This document shows positions 48,441 to 58,276 of a DNA stretch of 64,000 nt, one piece after another. A program made the position numbers and the translations under genes. A model generated the notes under the pieces. It was given only the letters and a program-made list of their open reading frames with translations, made no database searches and was not told the DNA's origin. Positions within the stretch are counted from its first letter, which is position 1. Each line of letters begins with the position of its first letter. Source of the DNA: Candidatus Dormiibacterota bacterium (lineage in GTDB: Bacteria; Chloroflexota; Dormibacteria; Aeolococcales; Aeolococcaceae); contig OY970355.1 of the NCBI GenBank assembly GCA_963718525.1, positions 832,001-896,000 on the forward strand, read 5' to 3'.

Positions 48441-49133
48441 ATCGCGGACGCGCGCCGCCTCGCCGTGATCACGACAGCGTCGCTGCTGCTGCTCGGCGCC
48501 TGCGGCGGACCGTCACTCGATGCGAAGTCCTTGCTCAAGACGACCAAGGGAGTCATCGACAGCACCCCCTCGTTTCACTTCGTGCTCACCAGTGCAAACG
48601 TGAGCGGGTCGGGCGCGGAGCTCACCGGCGGCAGCGGTGACATGAAGAGGCCTGACAGCATGTCCGGGGTGCTCCAAGTATCCATCTTCGGCCTCGCCGT
48701 CACCGTGCCGGTCGTCTCGGTCGGGGGCACGTTCTCGGTGAAACTGCCCACGGGCTCGGGATTCTCGAGCGCGAATCCCGCCGACTATGGCTTCGCCGAC
48801 CCCACCAAACTCATCGACCCGAACACCGGGCTCTCGTCGCTCCTGCTGAAGTGTCAGTCGCCCCAGGTCCAGAGCGACGATCGCTACAACGGTGAGGCGC
48901 TGCACGAGATCGCCTGCACGCTTCCCGGGAGAGCGGTCGCCGCACTGCTCACCAGCGCCGACCCGTCAAAGACCGTCGCCGCAACCTTCGGCATCGACAC
49001 GAGCACCAGCCAGCTCCGGCGCGTCGTCCTCACCGGGCCGTTCGTCACCGCCAACGTCGACACCATCTACGCACTCGTTCTTACCAACTATGGCGAGAAC
49101 ATATCGGTGACACCGCCACCCGCCGGCGGGTGA
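48441..49133 (+). CDS. LppX/LprAFG-family lipoprotein (LprG-like)
   Basis: Lipobox LGAC; SFHFVL, G.GD..RPD, DP..LIDPNTGLSSLL, YGE...VTPP; start uncertain (ATC 48441, GTG 48381 or GTG 48465). Confidence 0.78.
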   Translation: MADARRLAVITTASLLLLGACGGPSLDAKSLLKTTKGVIDSTPSFHFVLTSANVSGSGAELTGGSGDMKRPDSMSGVLQVSIFGLAVTVPVVSVGGTFSVKLPTGSGFSSANPADYGFADPTKLIDPNTGLSSLLLKCQSPQVQSDDRYNGEALHEIACTLPGRAVAALLTSADPSKTVAATFGIDTSTSQLRRVVLTGPFVTANVDTIYALVLTNYGENISVTPPPAGG

Positions 49134-50893
49134 ACACGCGCCGGCGCTGGATCCTCGCCATCGCGGCGGCGTCGGTGCTCGTCGCCGCGATGGACACGTA
49201 CGTGATCGTGCTGGCGCTGCCCGCCATCATGGCGGACGTCGGCATCGGGGTCGACCAGCTCCAGGCGGCCACGCCGATCGTCAGTGGATTCCTGCTCGGG
49301 TACATCGTGGTGATGCCGCTGCTGGGCAGGCTCTCGGATGTCTATGGCCGCCGGCCACTGCTGATCCTCTGCCTCGCGGTCTTCGCGGCCGGGTCACTGG
49401 TGACGGCGTCCGCAACCGACCTCGGATCAGTGGTGGCGGGCCGGGCACTCCAGGGGCTCGGTGGTGGCGGGCTCGTGCCGGTGACGCTCGCGCTGGTCGC
49501 GGACCTCTGGCCACCGGAGCGGCGCGGCGTGCCCCTCGGCGTGATCGGCGGAGTCCAGGAGCTCGGGAGTGTGCTCGGCCCCCTCTACGGGGGGCTGATC
49601 CTCACGGTGGCAACCTGGCAGACGATCTTCTGGCTGAACCTCCCGATCGCGGCGGCGCTCGGCGCCGGATTGGTGGTCGCGGGCCGGCGCGGCGCAGCCG
49701 GCGCTCCGGTGGCGCTGCGACCGCGGCTGGATCGTCTGTCTGTAGCGCTCGCCGCGGTCGCGATCGCGGCAGGGTGTCTGGCGATCGCAGCGCCCGGGCC
49801 GCTCCGCAACAGCGACACGACCGGCGTTGCCTACAGCGCGCTCGGCGGCATGACGTGGCTGACCCCGATCGCGCTGGTTGCCGCGACCGCCGCCCTGGCA
49901 TTGATCCTGTGGGAGGTGCGCGGTCACCGGTCGACGCGGAATCTGATTGAGTTCGGGCGTCTTCCGAGCGTTGCTGCGACAGTCGACTGGCCCGGGGCAG
50001 CCCTCCTGGGCGTCTGCCTCTCGACGGTCATCGTGAGCTTCTCGTCCCAGGACCCATCCGAGGGTGCCGTCTCTCCCGATGCGATCTGGCTGCTGCCACT
50101 CGGCGCGGTGGCGGCAGCGGCGTTGGTGATCAGGGAACGCCAGGCCCGCTCCCCGCTGATCGCAGCGGGTGAACTGCGTTCGCCAGGCGCGTATGGGGCG
50201 TTGCTGACCAACCTCGCCGTCGGGGCGGCTCTGATGGCGGCGCTCCTCGACATCCCCGTGCTCGCCCGCGCCACCGTCGACCCGAATTCCCAGTTGGGCG
50301 CCGCCCTGGTGCTCCTCAGGCTCCTGGTCGGTGTCCCGATCGGGGCCGTGGCCGGTGGCTGGCTCTCGCAACGACTGGGCAACCGCCTGGTTGCAGCGGC
50401 AGGAATGCTGATCACCGCGGCCGCATTCCTCGCAATGACACGCTGGACGGCGACCACGCTCGGCGACCCGTTCGGACCGGGCTGGCTGCATCCGAGCGAC
50501 CCGGTGCTCTTCGCCTGCGGACTTGGCTTCGGACTGGCGATCGCCCCGGTCAACGCATCGATCCTGGCGTCGGTCCGGGATCAGATGCACGGCTTGGCGT
50601 CGGCGCTGGTCGTCGTCGCGCGCATGATCGGGATGCTCGTGGGCATCTCCATCCTCACCGCGGTCAGCCTGCACATCTTCTACGCGACCGCGTCGGGGTT
50701 TCCGTCGCCGCAGGCACTCTGTCCGGCGTCTCCGCTCAACTGCCCGGCGTATGAGCGCGACGTGACCGCGGCGATCGTCACCGAGCTGCGCGCGGTGTTC
50801 CTCGGTGCGGCGCTCGCCGCTGCGGTCGCGGCGCTGCTCGCCGCAGTGCTGCTGCGCGGCCGGCCCGCTCGGCTGGGGACCGCGGCCCCGTGA
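49130..50893 (+). CDS. MFS transporter (DHA2 / P55-like)
   Basis: DTYVIVLALP.IM, TPIVSGFLLGY, GRLSDVYGRR, GRALQGLGGG, QELGSVLGPLYG, ARMIGMLVG. Confidence 0.9.
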   Translation: MNTRRRWILAIAAASVLVAAMDTYVIVLALPAIMADVGIGVDQLQAATPIVSGFLLGYIVVMPLLGRLSDVYGRRPLLILCLAVFAAGSLVTASATDLGSVVAGRALQGLGGGGLVPVTLALVADLWPPERRGVPLGVIGGVQELGSVLGPLYGGLILTVATWQTIFWLNLPIAAALGAGLVVAGRRGAAGAPVALRPRLDRLSVALAAVAIAAGCLAIAAPGPLRNSDTTGVAYSALGGMTWLTPIALVAATAALALILWEVRGHRSTRNLIEFGRLPSVAATVDWPGAALLGVCLSTVIVSFSSQDPSEGAVSPDAIWLLPLGAVAAAALVIRERQARSPLIAAGELRSPGAYGALLTNLAVGAALMAALLDIPVLARATVDPNSQLGAALVLLRLLVGVPIGAVAGGWLSQRLGNRLVAAAGMLITAAAFLAMTRWTATTLGDPFGPGWLHPSDPVLFACGLGFGLAIAPVNASILASVRDQMHGLASALVVVARMIGMLVGISILTAVSLHIFYATASGFPSPQALCPASPLNCPAYERDVTAAIVTELRAVFLGAALAAAVAALLAAVLLRGRPARLGTAAP

Positions 50894-52287
50894 CGGCCGG
50901 CGTCCGTGTGGTGATCCCGGCATCGCCGGAGCTCGAAGACGTCCTCGAAGCGATCGCCGCAGCCGCTCGCGCCCTGGACATCGAGGTGTACCTCGTCGGT
51001 GGCTTCGTCAGGGACCGCCTCCTCGGCGGCGCGCTCAGCAAGGACATCGACCTGGTGACCGTGGGCGCCGACCCGATGCCGCTCCTGACGGCTGTGGCAT
51101 CCGGGTTCGGCTGGCATCCCCCGGAGCGCTTCGAGCGGTTCGGCACGGCCCAGATCCGAGGAGGCGCCTTCATCGTTGAGGGCGTCCGTGCGCGCGCCGA
51201 GCGCTATGACCCGGAGTCCCGCAACCCTGACGTGCGCCCCGGCACCCTCGAGGAGGATGTCTGGAGACGCGATTTCACGGTGAACTCCCTCTGCCAGAGC
51301 CTCGACGGCGAGGTCATCGACATCACCGGCCAGGGGCTAGCCGACCTCGTCGCGGGGGTGTTGCGCACCCCGCTCGACCCGGCGGAGACCTTCGCCGAGG
51401 ATCCGCTGCGGATGTTCCGGGCTGCGCGTTTTGTGGCCAGGCTGGGGTTCGAGCTTGCCCCGGGGACGATCGAGGCGATGCGCGCCCAGGCGGGACGAAT
51501 CTCGATCCTCTCCATCGAGCGGGTCAGCGACGAGATCCGCCGCATGCTTGTCGCCCCGTACCCGAGCGCCGGCATCGCGGTGCTCCGGGATGCCGGGCTC
51601 CTCGACCTCGTGCTCCCCGAACTTGTTGCCGCTGTGGGGATCGAACAGGGCGGCTATCACACCCACGACGTCTACGGGCACACGCTCGCGACGGTCGACG
51701 CTGCCCCGGCTGACCTGGTGACTCGAACCGCGGCGCTGCTCCACGACATCGCCAAGCCCCCAACTCATGCGATCGCGCCCGACGGCCGCCACACCTTCTA
51801 CGACCACCCGCAGATCGGGGCCGATATGGCCACGGCGATCCTGAGCCGCTGGCGTTTCAGCAACGACGAGATCAGTGACGTGAGCCGCCTGGTGCGGATG
51901 CACCTGCGCCCGATCCAGTACGAGCGCGAGTCGTTCAGCGATGCGGCGCTGCGGCGGCTGATCCGAGACGCCGGACCCCTGCGGGACAGGATGCTCGACC
52001 TCGCGCGAGCGGATACGACGGCATCCGCCTATCCGACTCTCGAGGAGCTCGATGAGCTCCGCGAGCGGATGGGGCGGCTCGACGCCGGAGGAGCAGTCTC
52101 GGCGATGGCCGATCCCCTGAGCGGCGACGACCTCATGACGATGGCCGGACGTGGCCCTGGTCCCTGGGTTGGCCGCGCCAAGACAGCCATCCGTGAAGCC
52201 GTGATCGAGGGGACGCTTCCGCCGGGCGACCGTGATGCGGCTCGCGAATGGGTGGAGGCACACCCGGAGGTCCTGGGTGAAGGTTGA
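50890..52287 (+). CDS. cca: CCA tRNA nucleotidyltransferase with HD domain
   Basis: VGGFVRD, DID, RRDFTVN, EDPLRMFRAARF, LHDIAKP. Confidence 0.9.
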   Translation: MTAGVRVVIPASPELEDVLEAIAAAARALDIEVYLVGGFVRDRLLGGALSKDIDLVTVGADPMPLLTAVASGFGWHPPERFERFGTAQIRGGAFIVEGVRARAERYDPESRNPDVRPGTLEEDVWRRDFTVNSLCQSLDGEVIDITGQGLADLVAGVLRTPLDPAETFAEDPLRMFRAARFVARLGFELAPGTIEAMRAQAGRISILSIERVSDEIRRMLVAPYPSAGIAVLRDAGLLDLVLPELVAAVGIEQGGYHTHDVYGHTLATVDAAPADLVTRTAALLHDIAKPPTHAIAPDGRHTFYDHPQIGADMATAILSRWRFSNDEISDVSRLVRMHLRPIQYERESFSDAALRRLIRDAGPLRDRMLDLARADTTASAYPTLEELDELRERMGRLDAGGAVSAMADPLSGDDLMTMAGRGPGPWVGRAKTAIREAVIEGTLPPGDRDAAREWVEAHPEVLGEG

Positions 52288-52368
52288 ACGTATCGCCCCG
52301 CAGCCACAGTTCGCGCCGGTGTTATCTGATCGAGAACAACGGCAACAAAGTAGAATGCGCGGTTCGAG

Positions 52369-52749
52369 ATGTTGAGCAAGCTCCGCAGTGCCAAACGCCT
52401 TTTCGTCGATCTGCCGCGCATGCTGCGGCTTGCGTACTGCCTCATGTTCGACGCGCGCGTGCCCCGTTACATGAAGCTGGCGTTCGGCGGCGGACTGGCA
52501 CTGATCGCGCTGCCGGTCGTCGATCTTCCGGAGTCGCTGCCGGTGATCGGTGAGCTCGACGTTCTCGCCCTGAGCCTGCTTGCAACCCGCGCCTTCATCG
52601 CCGCATGCCCGCGTCACGTCGTCGCCGAGCAGGAGGAATTGATCACCCAACGGCGCAGCCGCTTCGACGACGATGTCCGCAACGGAGAACGTATCGCTTT
52701 GATGATCTACCGGCGCCTGCGCCCTGAGGAGCGCGAGGCGGTCTCGTGA
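52369..52749 (+). CDS. YkvA/DUF1232-like small membrane protein
   Basis: DARVP, DLPESLPVIGELD motif. Confidence 0.75.
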   Translation: MLSKLRSAKRLFVDLPRMLRLAYCLMFDARVPRYMKLAFGGGLALIALPVVDLPESLPVIGELDVLALSLLATRAFIAACPRHVVAEQEELITQRRSRFDDDVRNGERIALMIYRRLRPEEREAVS

Positions 52750-53192
52750 AAGTTCTGTTTCTGAAGGAAGTGGCAGGAACTGCCAAGCCTGGTGACGTCC
52801 GCGAGGTGTCCCCTGGCTATGCGCGCAACTTCCTGTTTCCGAAACACCTCGCGGTGATCGCGGACCAGAACACGGTGGACCAGATTCGACGCCGCGAGGA
52901 AGCCACCCGCCGGCGGGTCGAGAAGGCGCTCATCGACGCCAAGGACACAGCGCAGCGACTTCGCAAGCTCACCGTGACGGTGTACGCCAAGGCCGGCGAG
53001 GCGGGGCGGCTCTTCGGGACCGTCACCACCGCCGACGTCGCCAAGCAACTCAAGCGGGAGGCGGGGATCGACATCGACAAGCGGAAGATCGAGATCGATC
53101 CGCCGATCCGCTCCCTCGGCCCGCACGAAGCCACCATTGAACTCCACCCGGAGGTCACGGAGACACTCAAGGTCGTCGTCGCGGCCCAATGA
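52746..53192 (+). CDS. rplI: 50S ribosomal protein L9
   Basis: MKVLFLKEV, GYARNFLFP, GRLFGTVT..D, IDKRKI. Confidence 0.97.
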   Translation: MKVLFLKEVAGTAKPGDVREVSPGYARNFLFPKHLAVIADQNTVDQIRRREEATRRRVEKALIDAKDTAQRLRKLTVTVYAKAGEAGRLFGTVTTADVAKQLKREAGIDIDKRKIEIDPPIRSLGPHEATIELHPEVTETLKVVVAAQ

Positions 53193-54562
53193 CCTCCCTC
53201 CCGCAGACCGAGTTGTTGGGACGCGGGGCGACTGCGGGGACAGGGGCGATGCGCGTCCCGCCGCACGACAACGAAGCCGAACAGGCCGTGCTCGGCGGCA
53301 TCCTCATCGACCGCGAGGCGCTGTCGATCGTGCGCGACGTGCTCGTGCCCGAGGACTTTTACGCGGAGCGCCACGCGGTGCTGTATCGCGCCGCCCTCTC
53401 GCTGGATGATCGTGGCGAGGCGATCGACACGGTGACGCTGCGCGATCAGCTCGAGCGTGGTCCCGGCATCGGCCGTGCCGGCGGCATGGACTACATCGCC
53501 GAACTCACGCTCGTCGTGCCCAGCTCCGCGAGCGTCAAGCACTACGCCGACATCGTCATCGCGCATGCGCTGCGGCGCCGCCTCATCGAGGCCGGCGCCA
53601 GGGTGAGCCGGCTGGGATTCGACAACACGACCCCGGTCAGCGACGCGATCGACCAGGCCGAGCAGGAAGTGTTCAAGATCGGTCAGGAGAGCCGCGGATC
53701 GGAGATGCGCAACATCGCGCCGGTGGTGCGCGAGTGGTGGGACGTCCTCGAGAAGCGCATCGAGCACAAGCAGCTCGTGACCGGCGTGCCCACCAACTTC
53801 TCGAAGCTCGACATGCTCACCCAGGGTCTGCAACCGGGAGAGCTGATCATCCTGGCGGCACGTCCCGCCGTCGGCAAGACGTCGTTCGCGCTCAACATCG
53901 CACGCAACGCCGCGGTCCTCGCCGGACGCCCCGTCGTCGTCTTCTCGCTGGAGATGTCGCGGCAGTCGCTCGTCCAGCGGCTCATCTGCAGCGAGGCACA
54001 CGTCAACTCCTACATGCTGCGCACCGGGCAGGCGGATTCCATGGCCTTCCAGAAGATCGCCAAGGCGATGGACACGCTCACACATGCCGACCTCTGGATC
54101 GATGACTCACCCGGCCTCGCCATCAACACGCTCCGCGCCCGCGCCCGGCGGATGAAGGCGCAGCACAAGATCGAGCTGATCGTCATCGACTACCTGCAGC
54201 TGATGCAGGGGGGCAGGCGCGATTCCCGGGTCCAGGAGGTGTCGGACATCTCCTCGGGGCTGAAGTCCATCGCCAAGGAGCTGAACGTCCCCGTGCTCGC
54301 GCTCTCGCAGCTCTCCCGAGCGGCCGAGCAACGCGAGAACAAGCGTCCGCAGCTCAGCGACCTCCGTGACAGCGGTTCGATCGAACAGGATGCGGACGTG
54401 GTGCTCTTCCTCTATCGCGAGGGCATGCACAACCGTGAGATCGACAAGGGCAAGACCGAGCTCATCGTGGCGAAGAACCGCAACGGGCCGGTCGACGACC
54501 TGCCGCTGGTGTTCATCGCCGAGCAGACGGCGTTCCGAGAGCCCTACCTGGCGGCTGAGTAA
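53189..54562 (+). CDS. dnaB: Replicative DNA helicase
   Basis: PPHDNEAEQAVLG, AARPAVGKT, FSLEM, IDYLQL, LSQLSR, DLRDSGSIEQDAD, KNRNGP; no intein. Confidence 0.97.
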   Translation: MTSLPQTELLGRGATAGTGAMRVPPHDNEAEQAVLGGILIDREALSIVRDVLVPEDFYAERHAVLYRAALSLDDRGEAIDTVTLRDQLERGPGIGRAGGMDYIAELTLVVPSSASVKHYADIVIAHALRRRLIEAGARVSRLGFDNTTPVSDAIDQAEQEVFKIGQESRGSEMRNIAPVVREWWDVLEKRIEHKQLVTGVPTNFSKLDMLTQGLQPGELIILAARPAVGKTSFALNIARNAAVLAGRPVVVFSLEMSRQSLVQRLICSEAHVNSYMLRTGQADSMAFQKIAKAMDTLTHADLWIDDSPGLAINTLRARARRMKAQHKIELIVIDYLQLMQGGRRDSRVQEVSDISSGLKSIAKELNVPVLALSQLSRAAEQRENKRPQLSDLRDSGSIEQDADVVLFLYREGMHNREIDKGKTELIVAKNRNGPVDDLPLVFIAEQTAFREPYLAAE

Positions 54563-54611
54563 CGCGCCGTCTGCGCATCGCGTTGCAGGAGCGAACGCCG
54601 TGTCACGGTAC

Positions 54612-54630
54612 GGCCCATGGCACATGGGCC
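54612..54630. other. Perfect 8-bp inverted repeat downstream of dnaB (hairpin or operator)
   Basis: ggcccatg-gca-catgggcc; no U tract. Confidence 0.35.
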
Positions 54631-54648
54631 CCGTCCAACCCTGATTCA

Positions 54649-55806
54649 ATGGTGCAGATGAAACGAGCCCTCCAGACCGCTCGCGCCGTGATCGGGTCTC
54701 CGTGGACCCGCGTGAGCGGAACGGTCGTCGGTCTCGCCATCCTCGCCCACTCCATCAACGTGCCCCAGGCCGTGGGAAGCCTGACGCATGCTGACCCGCT
54801 CTGGATCGCCGCAGCGCTCGGCCTGACGGTGCTCGCCGTGGCCGCGAGCGTGGTCGAGTGGGGAGTGCTCCTCCGCACCGCCAATGCCCCAGCCGGCGCC
54901 GGACCCGGTTCGCTGCTCAGCTGGCGCCGCCTGAGCTCCTCGTACCTTCAAGCCATGTTTTTCACGCAGATGCTTCCCGCCGGGGTTGGCGGCGACGCCA
55001 TGCGAACCGTCGAGATGGGCCGCCAGGTCGGTCACGGTAACGTCCTCGCCTCGCTCGCCGGCAGCCGCCTCGCCGGCATGCTCGGCATGACCTGCTGGGG
55101 AATCGCAGCCGCCATCCTGCTCCGCGCGCTGCTCGGTACCGGGGTTGTGATCGTGATCGCCGGTCTCGCCATGGCGGTGGTGATCATCTGGCTCCTGGCG
55201 CTCAGCGCCGACCGCCTGGTGCCGCATCGCCTGCTCGCCCGGGTGTCCGAGGCGATGAGCCGCGGCGTGCGCTCCTTCAGCGATGCGTTCGCCGGCTATC
55301 GCAACCATCCCCACGCCGTCGCCCAGTCACTCCTGGTCGGAGCCGCCGGGTGGGGATTCAATCTCCTCGCCCTGAGCGTCGCCGCCCGCGCCATCGGGGT
55401 GGATCTGAGCTGGACGGTGCTCGCGGTCTGCATCCCGATCACCCTGCTGGTCGCCCTGGCCCCCTTCAGCATCAACGGGCTCGGGCTCCGCGAAGGGGTT
55501 CTCGTGGCGCTGCTGTCCCACGCCGGTGTCTCGGTCGCGCACGCGGGAGCGATCTCCGTCCTCATCGACCTGCAGATGCTCCCCTTTGCCGTTCTCGGAG
55601 CAGTCCTCTGGTCGCGCCACCGGCGCAACAATCGTTCTCCGGTGGAGCTGGCGGTCGAGGTTGCCGCTGCAGAGGATGCCGCGCTCGCGGGATTGACGCC
55701 TGGTGCGCCTAGACTTCAGCGGCGTGACGCGGCAGTTCAGCGACTTCCTGGCAGCCCACGCGGCGCGGATCGCCGACCTGTGGGCGAGGCAGATATCACC
55801 GGCTGA
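54649..55806 (+). CDS. Second lysylphosphatidylglycerol-synthase TM-domain / flippase-like protein
   Basis: LPAGVGGDAMR, PFSINGLGLREG; multiple TMs; start approximate. Confidence 0.83.
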   Translation: MVQMKRALQTARAVIGSPWTRVSGTVVGLAILAHSINVPQAVGSLTHADPLWIAAALGLTVLAVAASVVEWGVLLRTANAPAGAGPGSLLSWRRLSSSYLQAMFFTQMLPAGVGGDAMRTVEMGRQVGHGNVLASLAGSRLAGMLGMTCWGIAAAILLRALLGTGVVIVIAGLAMAVVIIWLLALSADRLVPHRLLARVSEAMSRGVRSFSDAFAGYRNHPHAVAQSLLVGAAGWGFNLLALSVAARAIGVDLSWTVLAVCIPITLLVALAPFSINGLGLREGVLVALLSHAGVSVAHAGAISVLIDLQMLPFAVLGAVLWSRHRRNNRSPVELAVEVAAAEDAALAGLTPGAPRLQRRDAAVQRLPGSPRGADRRPVGEADITG

Positions 55807-56839
55807 TCCCGGTGCCCCTCTCGACCGCGCCCGAGGTCCGCGTCAGTTCGTCAACGCGGTGCTCGTCGCGCTGACGGCGGACGACTTCAGGCCGCTGATC
55901 GCCTACCACCATCTCGATGCCGATACCGGCATCGAGCGCCGGCTCGAGAACGCACTCGCCAACCTCACTGCGCTGCGCCAGGTGACCGCCGAGGCAGTCC
56001 GCGAGGAGCGGCTCGACCCCGAGGAGACGCTGGCCCTCGCGGCGACGACCGCCGACGACGTTGAGGCGGTCGGGCAGCGCCTCGCCGGGTCCTGCGTTGC
56101 GACCCTCGAGCATCGGCTGTCCAGCGCGACATCGGAGTCGTCAGCGCGGGGAACGTCCCTGTCGATCACCATGCACGAGCTCCGCCGCCCGCTCACGATC
56201 CTCAACAGCTACGGACAGCTGCTCAGCGCCGGGATGCTCGGGGCGCTGCCGGAGACGGCGATCGTCGCCATCGAAGGGATCACGGCCAGCACCGAGATGA
56301 TGGTTCGAATGGTGAACGCGCTCGCCGAGCTGGCACGGCTCGAGGATCCTGACGACCGTCTCGCGCTCGAGGTCATGGATGCCGAGGAGGTCGTCGCCGA
56401 AGCCATCGAGCACGTCGCCATGGAGGCGAAGCTTCGTGAGTTCCCGATCTCCAGCGAGTGCGAACATGGGCTGAGGATGAAAGGGGATCGGCGCCGGTTG
56501 ATCCTGGCGCTGACCAACCTGCTGGGCAACGCCGTCAAACACGGGCCGACCGGGTCTCCGATCGAGGTGCTGGTCGCTCGCGAGGGCGACTCGGTGCGGT
56601 TCACCGTTCGCGACCACGGCATGGGGTTTCCCATCGCCGATACGGGTCACCTGTTCGACAAGTATTTTCGATCGGTCGCCGAGCGCCAGCGCAAGGTGCC
56701 GGGGAGCGGTCTCGGCCTGTACATCGTGCGCACGGTGGCCGAGCGGCACGGCGGAACCGTTGCGGCTCGGAGCGTCCCCGGGAGCGGCGCCGAGTTCGAC
56801 ATGACGATCCCGTTGCATCGAGAGGAGGCGACCCAATGA
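55703..56839 (+). CDS. Cytoplasmic histidine kinase with helical N-terminal domain
   Basis: HELRRPL, NLLGNAVKH, DHGMG, LFDKYFR, GSGLGL. Confidence 0.9.
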   Translation: MRLDFSGVTRQFSDFLAAHAARIADLWARQISPADPGAPLDRARGPRQFVNAVLVALTADDFRPLIAYHHLDADTGIERRLENALANLTALRQVTAEAVREERLDPEETLALAATTADDVEAVGQRLAGSCVATLEHRLSSATSESSARGTSLSITMHELRRPLTILNSYGQLLSAGMLGALPETAIVAIEGITASTEMMVRMVNALAELARLEDPDDRLALEVMDAEEVVAEAIEHVAMEAKLREFPISSECEHGLRMKGDRRRLILALTNLLGNAVKHGPTGSPIEVLVAREGDSVRFTVRDHGMGFPIADTGHLFDKYFRSVAERQRKVPGSGLGLYIVRTVAERHGGTVAARSVPGSGAEFDMTIPLHREEATQ

Positions 56840-58275
56840 CGACGACGGCGACCGGCGCAACCGCGGCGACGAGGAGCGAGCGCGATTCGATGGGCGAGTT
56901 CGAGGTGCCGGCGGACGCCTATTACGGCGCAAGCACGATGCGAGCGAAGGTGAACTTCCCGATCAGCGACCTGCGCCTGCCGCGTGGCTTCATTCATGCG
57001 ATCGGGCTGATCAAGCAGCAGGCGGCGCTCGTCAACCGCGAGCTCGGGCTGCTCGACGAGAACATCGCGGGAGCCATCATTCGCGCCGCCCAGGACGTGG
57101 TGGACGGCACCCTCGACGCTGAGTTCATCGTCGACGTGTTCCAGACCGGCAGCGGCACCTCGACGAACATGAACGCCAACGAGGTGATCGCCAACCGGGC
57201 GATCGAGTTGCTCGGCGGTGTGCGCGGATCACGGACCCCGGTGCATCCCAACGATCACGTGAACCTCGGTCAGTCGAGCAACGACGTGATCCCGACGGCG
57301 ATCCAGCTCGCCGCCGCCGTGCTGATCAGCGAAGACACCATCCCCGGACTGCGAATCCTGGAGGCGTCGCTGCGGCGCAAGTCAGACGAGCTGTGGCCGG
57401 TGATCAAGACCGGCCGCACCCACCTGCAGGATGCGACGCCGATCAGGCTCGGTCAGGAGTTCCTCGGCTACGCGGGCCAGGTGGAGCGAGCGCGGCGCCA
57501 CTGCGAGGAGGCGCTTGGCGCACTTGCCGAATTGCCCCTCGGCGGCACCGCTGTCGGCACCGGCGTCGGAACCCACCCGGAGTTCCCCGCCAAGGTGATC
57601 GCGCTGCTCGCAGCGGATCTCGGCATCCCGCTTCGAGAGACCGACAACCACTTCAGCGCACAGTCGACGCTCGACGCCGTCGTCGCCGCGAGCGGAGCGC
57701 TTCGATCCACCGCCGTGGCGATGAACAAGATCGCCGGCGACATCCGGCTGCTCGGATGCGGACCGCGCGCCGGGATCGCGGAGATCGCGATTCCAGAGGT
57801 CCAGCCGGGCTCATCGATCATGCCGGGCAAGGTGAATCCGGTGATCTGCGAGTTGGTGACGATGGTTGCCGCGCAGGTGATCGGCAACGACGCGACCATC
57901 GCGTTCTGCGGCGCGGCGGGGTCGCTCCTCGAGCTCAATGTGATGATGCCGGTCGCCGCGTACGACCTCCTGCAGTCGGCGTCCTTGCTCGGCGCGGCGG
58001 CGCGCAACCTCGCCAGTCAATGCGTCGACGGCATCACCGCCACCGAGAATGGACCGGCCCTGGTGGAGCGCGGGCTGATGCTCTGCACCGCGCTCACCCC
58101 GGTGATCGGCTACGACGCCGCCGCTGCGATCGCGAAGGAGGCGTACAAGACCGGTCGCACCGTGCGCGAAGTCGCGCGCGAACGCAGCGGGCTCGACGAG
58201 GCGGAGTTGACCCGACTACTCGACCCCGAGGCGATGACCCGGCCCGGGCGCGATGCCGGACCGGCAGGAGGCTGA
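56836..58275 (+). CDS. fumC: Class II fumarate hydratase
   Basis: FQTGSGTSTNMN, HPNDHVN..QSSND, GRTHLQDA, GSSIMPGKVNP. Confidence 0.94.
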   Translation: MTTTATGATAATRSERDSMGEFEVPADAYYGASTMRAKVNFPISDLRLPRGFIHAIGLIKQQAALVNRELGLLDENIAGAIIRAAQDVVDGTLDAEFIVDVFQTGSGTSTNMNANEVIANRAIELLGGVRGSRTPVHPNDHVNLGQSSNDVIPTAIQLAAAVLISEDTIPGLRILEASLRRKSDELWPVIKTGRTHLQDATPIRLGQEFLGYAGQVERARRHCEEALGALAELPLGGTAVGTGVGTHPEFPAKVIALLAADLGIPLRETDNHFSAQSTLDAVVAASGALRSTAVAMNKIAGDIRLLGCGPRAGIAEIAIPEVQPGSSIMPGKVNPVICELVTMVAAQVIGNDATIAFCGAAGSLLELNVMMPVAAYDLLQSASLLGAAARNLASQCVDGITATENGPALVERGLMLCTALTPVIGYDAAAAIAKEAYKTGRTVREVARERSGLDEAELTRLLDPEAMTRPGRDAGPAGG

Positions 58276-58276
58276 T

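Noticed and set aside
52290-54562. Possible replication origin near rplI-dnaB
   Set aside because: No DnaA-box cluster or AT-rich unwinding element seen
55703-55806. 104-bp overlap between the flippase-like gene and the histidine kinase
   Set aside because: Flippase tail looks like non-conserved run-on from a lost stop, or the kinase starts later; no evidence for functional dual coding
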